From the NCBI GenBank assembly GCA_963840145.1, contig CAWIXR010000001.1:42327-106326 (forward strand): DNA of 64,000 bases. The letters are read 5' to 3'. The stretch is from an uncultured Chloroflexia bacterium (lineage in GTDB: Bacteria > Chloroflexota > Limnocylindria > QHBO01). A program made the translations under genes and the position numbers. Numbering within the stretch: position 1 is the stretch's first letter; each line of letters begins with the position of its first letter. Below are positions 61,101 to 64,000 of this stretch, piece after piece. The notes below the pieces were generated by a model. The model searched no databases. It was not told the DNA's origin and saw only the letters and a program-made list of their open reading frames with translations.

Positions 61101-64000
61101 GAGAACGAGTTCATCGTTCGCGCGACGAACCCGCAGGGCATCGTCGGCGAGGAGGCGGTCTACGCCTGGCTGACCGAGCTCGGTCCCGACGTCGTCGAGC
61201 CCAACTCGAGCTTCACGTTCGGGCCCGAGAGCGGCACGCTGTTGCAGGAGGCGACCTTCGTCTTCAGCGGCACCGACAACCGGACGCCGGCGGGCGACCT
61301 GAGCTTCGAGTGCGCGCTCGACTCCACGACCGCGTGGAACTCGTGCACCTCGCCCGAGATGTTCAGCGACCTGACCCGCGGCTCCCACACGCTCCGCCTG
61401 CGCGCGGTCGACGCGGCCGGCAACATCGAGTCCACCCCGGATACGTACACCTGGGTCGTGGCACCGCCGCCGGTGGCGACGATCCTGTCCGGGCCTGGCG
61501 TCGACATCGAAGAGACGCAGGACCGCGACGCCACGTTCACGTTCAGCTCGGACGTGCCCGGCTCGACCTTCCATTGCTGGCTCGACGGCAAGTACAACCC
61601 CGGCACGCCTGGCGGCGTCCTGGGCACCGAGCCGCTGCCGTGCACCTCTCCGATCACCTACGAGAACCTCGGCTACGGCGAGCACCTGTTCGCGGTCATC
61701 GCAATCGATCCGTTCGGCAACATGGGCCTGGAGTGGGAGGATGCCGAGTTCATCGTGACCCCGCCGGATGCCCGGATCCTCTCCGCGCCGGCAAGCGGCA
61801 CGACCACGACCGCGGTGTTCGAGTTCACCAGCGAACCGTTCGAGGCCGATTCGGTCTTCTACTGCTCGCTCGACGATCGGCCCTTCGGCCTCTGCACGGC
61901 CGAGCCGGTCGCCGGCCAGCCGGGCGTCTACCGCAAGACGTACACGAACCTGCACCCGGGTGAGCACGTCTTCCAGGTCCAGACCCTCTTCACCGGCCTC
62001 GACTGGATGGGTCTGCCCTTCGAGTTCGAGCCGATCCCCGCGATGCACACCTGGACGGTGCAGGACTTCACCGATCCGGACACGGCCATCGACTTCGGCC
62101 CACCGGCCACGACGCTCAGCACGAGCGCCTACCTGATGGTCAGCTCCGACGACCCGACCGCGACGATCGAGTGCGAGCTGACCGGTCCCACGGGCACCGA
62201 GTCCGGCGAGTGCGAGCCCGGCGTGGTGACCGAGTTCACCGACCTCGTGCCAGGCGACTACACGTTCAGCGCGGTCGCCACCGACCTCTCCGGCAACGTC
62301 GACGAGACCCCAGCGACCCATTCGTGGACGATCCAGGTCGCCGGCGCCCCGAACACCAACGTCGGCGAGAACGTGATCGTCACGATCGGGAACGTCAGCG
62401 TCTCCTTCTTCAGCGTCGACACGGCCGGCACCACGATCGCCGATCGCATCTTCGCGGGCCCGCCGCTGCCCGAGGGCTACGCCGGCGCCAGCACGCACAT
62501 CTACGACATCCAGACCTCGGCCGAGTACTCGGAGCCGATCAACATCTGCATCAGCTACGACCCGGCCGACTTCGAGGGTGCACAGTCTCTGCGCCTGCTC
62601 CAGTTCGATAGCGAGCTGTGGATCGACGTCACGACCCTCCACAACCCGTTCGTGTCGCCGGCCCGCATCTGCAGCAACATCGCCGAGGACTTCGGGCTCT
62701 TCGCGATCGCGATCGCCTCGACCGGCTCGGCGCCGGAAACCTCGATCTTCTCCGGTCCGGAGGGTCCGCTCGGGCCTGAGGGCGTGCCCACCTCGACCAG
62801 CGGCTCGGCGACGTTCGAGTTCTGGACCGATCAGCCCAACGCGATCACGCAGTGCTCGCTCGACGGCGATCCGTGGTTCTACTGCGAGTCGCCGCTGACC
62901 GTCGGCCCGCTCGAGGAGGGCGGCCACGAGTTCTGGGTCCAGGCGATCAACGAGTTCGGCTGGATGGACCTGACGCCTGCCATCTTCGAGTGGGAGGTTC
63001 TCGGGCCCGACGTCACCCCGCCGACGACGATCATCACCGGCGGCCCGCCGGAGGGCTCGTCCACCCCGAACTTCATCAGCATGTTCACCTTCAGCGGCGC
63101 CGATGACATGACGCCGTCCCTCGAGCTCGACTTCGAGTGCACGCTCGACGGCGTGAACCTGGGCGGCTGCGATCCGCTCCTCGAAGAGATCGAGGTGGAG
63201 ACCCCTGGCCCGCACCAGCTCATCGTTCAGGCGATCGATGCCGCGGACAACATGGACCCGGTCGGCGCCATCCGGAACTGGACCGTCATCGACATGTCAG
63301 GTCCCGACACGGAGATCATCCTCGGTCCTGAGGAGGAGACGACCGAGACGAGCGCCACGTTCGAGTTCGAGGGCTTCGAGCTCCTGAACGACCTGCCCGT
63401 CAACGAGTTCGAGTGCGCCCTGGACGACGGCGAGTTCACGCCGTGCACCACCCCGCACGTCATCCCCGGCCCGCTGGGCGGCGGCGTGCACGTCTTCCAC
63501 GTTCGCGCGGTCGATCCCGACGGCAACCGCGACATCTCGCCGGCCTTCTACGAGTGGCTGATCCTCGGCCCCGAGGACACCACGCCGCCGGAGACCTTCA
63601 TCCACGTGTTCCCGGATCAGGCCAACTCCGGCCCGGACGTCATCTTCGGCTTCGCCAGCAATGAGCCGGTCGAGAGCTTCGAGTGCGCGTACGGCGACGG
63701 CCCGCCGCCGGCAGAGATGCCGACGCAGTGGGAAGAGTGCGATGTCGTCTGGGTGCTCGAGGCGCTCGATTCCGGCCCGCACTGGCTGTGGGTCCGTGCC
63801 CTCGACGTCGCCGAGATCCCGAATGTCGATCCGACGCCCGCCGGCGCAAGCCGTGGCTTCCCGGCCGGCAGCGTCGACACCGCACCGTTCGTGTGGGTCA
63901 CGACCGGCGAGCCCGAGACCTTCATCGACGATGGTCCGGACGACCCGACGGGCGCCTACACCGCGACCTTCCACTTCCACTCCGACCAGGCCGACGCGAC
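49119..64000 (+). CDS. Giant multi-modular surface protein, partial (frame 0 open from the stop at 49014-49016 to beyond the window end; >4,900 aa here). The start is uncertain: in-frame GTGs at 49062, 49119 or 49791.
   Basis: No frame-0 stop anywhere from 49017 to 64000; frame continuity checked at 49863, 52461, 55125 and 63408. Consistent sense-strand homology-like motifs throughout. The ORF track omits it because it has no stop in the window. Confidence 0.8.
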   Translation, partial: MIVRELLRRAGTSPTAALEVGADSSCLLSDCGRPLTSADDSYCSRACLRRAGRIAQAAELAGQSCARDGCENLFDARTSGHRFCSSACGIEARRTDRAPWTHGLTAAPTRLPANIPAPGLVAGGVARLGRGATQVGAAIAAGTAAIARPIRSGVSRAGTVLVAATRPVRAGVSRALGPIARRLEPVVSPVRRWLGALYARTAPARAVIGRPLSLAWRRTPRRVRVPGALLVATASVMVLVLSFAAASDFTVNDTSDRVDAVVGNGVCDVNTSTSGSQCTLRAAIQEANAHPGHDKITIEPGLYQLAIPPINENAANVGDFELLDTVTIEKQWFTLGDVIIDGGNPLPSAPVIARGIDRLFEVHPGAGDVTMRDVTLQNGFSPEEGGAIQNWSLGKLTLDGVTVRDNFAEKAGGGLNHGDLNDYEWATDPPNLDLLPHGRVEVIDSFFTGNGSAGGSGAAINNVSGGTITITGSTFTLNPGAIMPDPLDPEEFLLVDPADYPLDASTIANQARWEKVGTLRISNSTISLNAAEGNGAGILNEGDSIVELANVVLTQNRTGASGGGLYTEGGKVTITGGTVSKNQAANGGGLYGGGHVSQFGLRGTFTLSGVQVADNIAENGGGLYNDGDAHMVVTNTTFARNHSSDHGGALVSDGRASLLLSHVTVTANTSNGEGGGIWLHSERMQTIADSTVTLNRAGVPVVEEDGTLSDDIAGGGGIHTDGGPTTILRTLIDSNEANDEGGGLSLNNAGDLLIADSTISNNRAFDGGGMENSAREVTFERLTVTGNRAASAGGGIHNTSSGEFFILDTTVRGNTAQIGGGLANAPDNRITIRGSLFLNNTARLGTPGEDGELPEEAGYGGGIMSYADGDSLIENTTISGNKAAVAGGGLFHDADGELRIVHTTVWRNSAPAGGGIGVKESDFVPDIPPKTNEAVVLKNSIVGGSIRGGNCDWYIRSEGGNLESGGVNTCFLAVTHETAQSPIELGVRDRRGDPKLLAIADNGGPTLTHALLYGSLAIDSSPEPCSVDDQRGVERPAPNDTVHDEMNRCDAGAYEFVGPPPPYDNVAPETIFNYPEDGPVQDSLETMAFTFRGEDPAVDANNVPVNFTSPDELNFECRFLEIELTEEPEPVPPWEPTPPEEMWNGCSSPWSVPLTEEGLFRLEIRAIDRADNMDETPVSVIISDVGLEPPDTQIVEAPGLTPGTVVPPAPAETPQTNSRAALFSFRAVSDFTPSQFAEYECRLDSRDPEQWLECFNPVMYSDLTTGLHTFEVRAIGTELGGPDPTPARYTWRVGPDPAGGVPFSCDEANITLTPNADGWADQVNPLENYKFETELDVRSEANVPESGPTEHRNARAFIRFALQADTDCELQSATLRMFSEGHTEGRTLVAVPLAGPFKESTLTWVSAPLEVPGAVPAPVPAGEGYRDFDVTDHVRDILAGTLVNHGWLIRDAVESDPEGGDQTFASRELPQDPPEITLPELELRFAPVASPPPAERDQTLVDKYVECGEVITESVRLLGDVTGCLTEGIAIGAPNIILDLNGKIVSSGFILEPGEEDNLTPGIRSGYPNVEIRNGTVTNFGYGILLGPGSVHSEVHHMTLTRNALTGLQLFDADNGRLGNTVRDSTFDSNGETGLQLMSGTEGSLIENNFFISNGMSIHLFDSHRNTIRNNTISGIILDPTLDSDAGIVVENGSRDNVLIDNDVSETGDAGIVIHQGSHGNTVVGGILVRNGDAGVIVQDSDRITVDGVLAHQQSDGGVVLSNSSNSVVKNSDLGYNPSGVDASGVNNLLVYNNDVSHSLQAGIELGEGVNMVVTCNTANLSGGSGISIEGATFDSLGVAVGGALVTGNTANENAESGLSIAVGRHRVGGPVICPGGEVIGNNANNNAGYGIDAGEDPVPGEPLDPNRNIDGGGNRASGNHADVGVAVGLPDAIQCVGVVCAAGDDVPMTPEDLTAPETILLAGPVGSILPLPAGVSTNSERAVFEFTGNDGPQGDAPTALIFECRVDAPPDPVIIEEPELEPPDPGEPPELPEPPEGEFWVACSSPLTYLALESSMTHTFEVRAVDQAGNFDLTPITYTWTIEAGVEEDGSEECLLGEPISDTCSVLGQAPDTRISAAPGELITDEAGTRYDTTNRSATFRFTGSDNVTAGYNLAYECRTWYSELNDALTPADIPSDVDFVPCESPKQYIELPYGGHIFEVRATDRGGNTDAEPAWHAWWVHPPPPDTTPPDTEIQSGPDPITVRTNATFTFTGSDNQTPTGDLLFECRLDGAMDPLAPAVPLWTLCTSGHVVNGLTPGDHVLQVRAKDQSGNVDDVNGLVDATVTPGEMDPSDGVPAAYTWTVGPTPIARTVFCGQKITISIVLNNNLGDCIGHGLIIGANNITIDLNGKTIDGKSIGAAILNNGYDSVTIRNGRLTDFDYGVMLNNGAQNNIVEGITVDLAQEAGISLGHGTFPEDPTLAPSEPVPGYQSGVDNTILRGNTIVSNKRGVWLVNGARDNVVRGNLIGATSGPAVFIERATATLVESNDIQVSSDAGVLLEGATNNVIRNNTIAEAGTGVEISDTTSGPTVGIESSDNVVQGNHISETSGAAVDIVHSRRNQILDNVGTLTNSDAIELFYGFDNVIKGNDVRGNKGGISLKNSTGNTIEANNTSNSDGTGISLESQSFANVIVNNISNNNVGGGIYIGDETPAGQGTLVQGNTTNGNKEAGIKATKPAHIFKDNVSFDNDSWGIYVGDPSNGRANIDGGGNRAQGNLGPLGIDLKPQQCYNITCLGGEGGGDGIPPNTNILEGPIQPVSSESLATFRFSGADNASPVTFECRFDSALETAWEACASPKTYTNLVNDTYTFEVRAVDFSGNTDETPASYTFAVELGDFEAFIDASPDRATVETSATFEFSSNRQSGVTFQCLLVDPLTVLTTATWAAAPVCTSPISYTDLAVGGHEFWLRATGPSDAYSTKMYAWTIGPAPVPAEVSCGQVLMQSTRVLNDLVDCGGYALIVGAPGITIDLDGHVLDGLGLDAGVLNNGHDDVTIKNGLITQFLYGVQLNAGTARNVVHSLRLEANEEAAIALSDADQGADGNLIRDNSIVGNEVGIALYTGTRHAVIRNNDLGANQGEGGIYLEFASDNLIEHNEISMSGGGGIFMIGGGNNVVTDNVLKENGGYGIVAGEELLPSNNNLIQRNEVEGGQGGVLVGGNNNTVINNSITGVTGPGVAVELANNTLVKGNDFMGSAGGVSVGEANGTTIVANNASGTLGAGIEIGELSLDTIVRDNTASGNGGAGIEITESSVLDRGSLVENNTADANGGDGIYVEGAGHRVVNNEAKLNGGWGIYSVGAVDGGGNLAAGNMEPEQCFGIVCELGTVPGAPETWIIAKPADWNAGVEGVQSPSRNVSFTYMASDDFSPITDIVFECRLDNDNPLAWEDCEYPAEYLNLGPGTHKFEVRAIDMLGQGLADPTPAVFEWAYEPLPSGVAPEVTIDVTPVDTDPLKPGVQTWMVDSIFTFSANEPDVTFQCKVDANGYEPCGFEAAQFMNQGAFEWGLNETEVGNHTFFVRAIDFEGNVSAPETFVWELLGVNVVFTSGPGFTPATGGPAGDPATGGMTSSTSAMIEFEANVGDATFWCRFDSIDPGGYFPCESPFLAGPAFAAQTEFPEPLLAGDHTLEVYGESELYGSAAELEPAIYEWEVVDPVDGSPPNTTIERAPAGQVTNPDNTLSSTTFEFVGLDDLTPDFLLLFECQVTNGTELPNELEWIECTSPFNLLDVYSYADPQMAIGVEHTFWVRAVDTFEPEFPDPTQPEFEGNPDPTPDFHTWTPIADTRGPITTISAGPANGATVGEEVEPYMFFGLDDATPLHLLTFECQAYVTAAGPDPQGWETCETTVDSGWELSVPEPGAYTVAIRATDMANNVGIAATRLVTVAAAPVVTFITGPAGRLDPVSGEPDGASQTENAVFTFTSDQPGSTFECSFEGDFLPCGGLSDPATGAAWVVETGENEFIVRATNPQGIVGEEAVYAWLTELGPDVVEPNSSFTFGPESGTLLQEATFVFSGTDNRTPAGDLSFECALDSTTAWNSCTSPEMFSDLTRGSHTLRLRAVDAAGNIESTPDTYTWVVAPPPVATILSGPGVDIEETQDRDATFTFSSDVPGSTFHCWLDGKYNPGTPGGVLGTEPLPCTSPITYENLGYGEHLFAVIAIDPFGNMGLEWEDAEFIVTPPDARILSAPASGTTTTAVFEFTSEPFEADSVFYCSLDDRPFGLCTAEPVAGQPGVYRKTYTNLHPGEHVFQVQTLFTGLDWMGLPFEFEPIPAMHTWTVQDFTDPDTAIDFGPPATTLSTSAYLMVSSDDPTATIECELTGPTGTESGECEPGVVTEFTDLVPGDYTFSAVATDLSGNVDETPATHSWTIQVAGAPNTNVGENVIVTIGNVSVSFFSVDTAGTTIADRIFAGPPLPEGYAGASTHIYDIQTSAEYSEPINICISYDPADFEGAQSLRLLQFDSELWIDVTTLHNPFVSPARICSNIAEDFGLFAIAIASTGSAPETSIFSGPEGPLGPEGVPTSTSGSATFEFWTDQPNAITQCSLDGDPWFYCESPLTVGPLEEGGHEFWVQAINEFGWMDLTPAIFEWEVLGPDVTPPTTIITGGPPEGSSTPNFISMFTFSGADDMTPSLELDFECTLDGVNLGGCDPLLEEIEVETPGPHQLIVQAIDAADNMDPVGAIRNWTVIDMSGPDTEIILGPEEETTETSATFEFEGFELLNDLPVNEFECALDDGEFTPCTTPHVIPGPLGGGVHVFHVRAVDPDGNRDISPAFYEWLILGPEDTTPPETFIHVFPDQANSGPDVIFGFASNEPVESFECAYGDGPPPAEMPTQWEECDVVWVLEALDSGPHWLWVRALDVAEIPNVDPTPAGASRGFPAGSVDTAPFVWVTTGEPETFIDDGPDDPTGAYTATFHFHSDQADA
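49209..49380 (+). other. Giant protein N-terminal cytoplasmic module: two YacG-like zinc-ribbon repeats (C-x4-C…YCSRAC and C-x3-C…FCSSAC)
   Basis: Frame-0 translation: …CLLSDCGRPLTSADDSYCSRACLRRAGRIAQAAELAGQSCARDGCENLFDARTSGHRFCSSACGIEARR…. Confidence 0.5.
49791..49862 (+). other. Giant protein single TM / signal-anchor segment, preceded by a ~130-aa Ala/Arg/Gly-rich low-complexity linker (49440-49790)
   Basis: …WRRTPRRVRVPGALLVATASVMVLVLSFAAASDFTVNDTS…. Confidence 0.55.
49863..52290 (+). other. Giant protein module 1: ~800-aa right-handed beta-helix with Pmp-like GGG(L/I) repeats. It has choice-of-anchor-Q-like boundaries (N-terminal G-x-C-T-L-R-A-A-I-x-E-A-N; C-terminal DQRGVERP…CDAGAYEF).
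   Basis: About 14 GGGL/GGGI turns (AGGGLNHGD, GGGLYTEGG, NGGGLYGGG, GGGIWLHS, GGGGIHTDG, GGGLSLNN, GGGMENS, GGGIHNTS, GGGLANAP, GGGIMSYA, GGGLFHDA, GGGIGVKE…). Confidence 0.65.
53630..54960 (+). other. Giant protein NosD-like parallel beta-helix block A (PbH1 repeats)
   Basis: Entry motif VECGEVITESVRLLGDVTGC…IILDLNGKIV…NVEIRNGTVTNFGYGILL. Exit cap NIDGGGNRASGNHADVGVAV…IQCVGVVCA. Confidence 0.65.
56180..57470 (+). other. Giant protein NosD-like parallel beta-helix block B
   Basis: VFCGQKITISIVLNNNLGDCIGHGLIIGANNITIDLNGKTIDG…VTIRNGRLTDFDYGVML. Exit cap NIDGGGNRAQGNLGPLGIDLKPQQCYNITCLGG. Confidence 0.65.
58040..59215 (+). other. Giant protein NosD-like parallel beta-helix block C
   Basis: VSCGQVLMQSTRVLNDLVDCGGYALIVGAPGITIDLDGHVLDG…VTIKNGLITQFLYGVQL. 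Exit cap VDGGGNLAAGNMEPEQCFGIVCELG. Confidence 0.65.
59220..64000 (+). repeat. Tandem array (>14 copies here; further copies at 52330-53010, 54960-56150 and 57470-58020) of an ~85-aa two-cysteine module with signature (A/V)(T/V)FxF(S/T)x(S/N)D…(F/L)EC(R/x)(L/V)D…(W/F)xxC(T/S)SP…LxxGxHxFxVRA(I/V)DxAGNxDxTPAxYxWxV
   Basis: Protein-level repeats read in frame 0. Examples: ATFRFSGADNASPVTFECRFDSALETAWEACASPKTYTNLVNDTYTFEVRAVDFSGNTDETPASYTF (57510-57740) and ATFEFEGFELLNDLPVNEFECALDDGEFTPCTTPHVIPGPLGGGVHVFHVRAVDPDGNRDISPAFYEWLI (63350-63570). Confidence 0.7.

Noticed and set aside
1-64000. Looked for CRISPR arrays, transposases, toxin-antitoxin pairs, restriction-modification or other defence systems.
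   Set aside because: Apart from the ones reported above there are no regularly spaced short repeats. No IS-like inverted repeats and no genes with nuclease/methyltransferase or defence-system signatures were found. The window is housekeeping plus the giant surface-protein locus.

Overview
This is a 64-kb window from a high-GC bacterial chromosome (by eye roughly 70% GC; nothing was computed). About 49 kb is a densely packed, almost entirely minus-strand block of conserved housekeeping operons; the last ~15 kb is one giant plus-strand gene. Nearly all long ORFs in the six-frame track that run antisense to these genes are Arg/Pro-rich translations of the wrong strand, typical of high-GC DNA.

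Genes from left to right:
- A family-5 ABC substrate-binding lipoprotein (partial, minus strand).
- An ECF sigma factor with a zinc-type anti-sigma, co-transcribed downstream of a glycine-cleavage operon (NUDIX-gcvT-gcvH-gcvPA-gcvPB).
- A GT4 glycosyltransferase, tRNA-Val, yggT and yggS.
- A complete division/cell-wall cluster: ftsZ-ftsA-sbp(DUF1290)-ftsQ-ddl-murB-murG-ftsW-murD-mraY-murF-ftsI-ftsL-(small ORF)-rsmH-mraZ. It has a recognisable Pmra promoter and an MraZ direct-repeat operator. It lacks murE, murC and sepF. FtsA plus Sbp in a high-GC genome argues against a classical actinobacterium.
- A membrane protein with an N-terminal Cys4 cytoplasmic domain.
- An RNase P RNA gene (rnpB, type A) that the ORF track cannot show.
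- rnhA, then sdhCDAB, an NAD-type isocitrate dehydrogenase, and a divergent sucCD pair. sucC carries a single-base frameshift in a GGG run.
- A methylmalonyl-pathway cluster: pccB, a biotin carboxylase, a separately encoded BCCP, a mutase large subunit and an epimerase.
- tRNA-Met, parA-parB, several small hypotheticals, MOSC, VOC and PPOX-like genes, and tRNA-Asn.
- An HK→RR two-component pair.
- Directly downstream on the same strand, one uninterrupted giant ORF (>14.8 kb, still open at the window end).

The giant ORF is the most unusual element. It encodes a multi-modular surface protein:
- an N-terminal pair of YacG-like zinc ribbons, a low-complexity segment and a single TM/signal anchor;
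- a ~800-aa Pmp-like 'choice-of-anchor-Q' beta-helix;
- three NosD-like parallel beta-helix blocks;
- more than 20 tandem ~85-aa two-cysteine modules with a recurring FEC…C-SP…HxFxVRAxDxAGN…TPA…W signature.

Other unexplained or noteworthy signals:
- Three phased GTTGC-N7-GCAAC palindromes spaced exactly 51 bp apart in the icd/sucC divergent region.
- A cluster of DnaA boxes in the ftsA-ftsZ spacer, and a perfect DnaA box upstream of parA.
- A 19-bp perfect direct repeat, present twice, between ftsZ and yggS.
- Pervasive 4-nt start/stop overlaps (GTGA, ATGA, TTGA) that couple adjacent genes.

No CRISPR array, integrase, transposase or obvious mobile element was seen.
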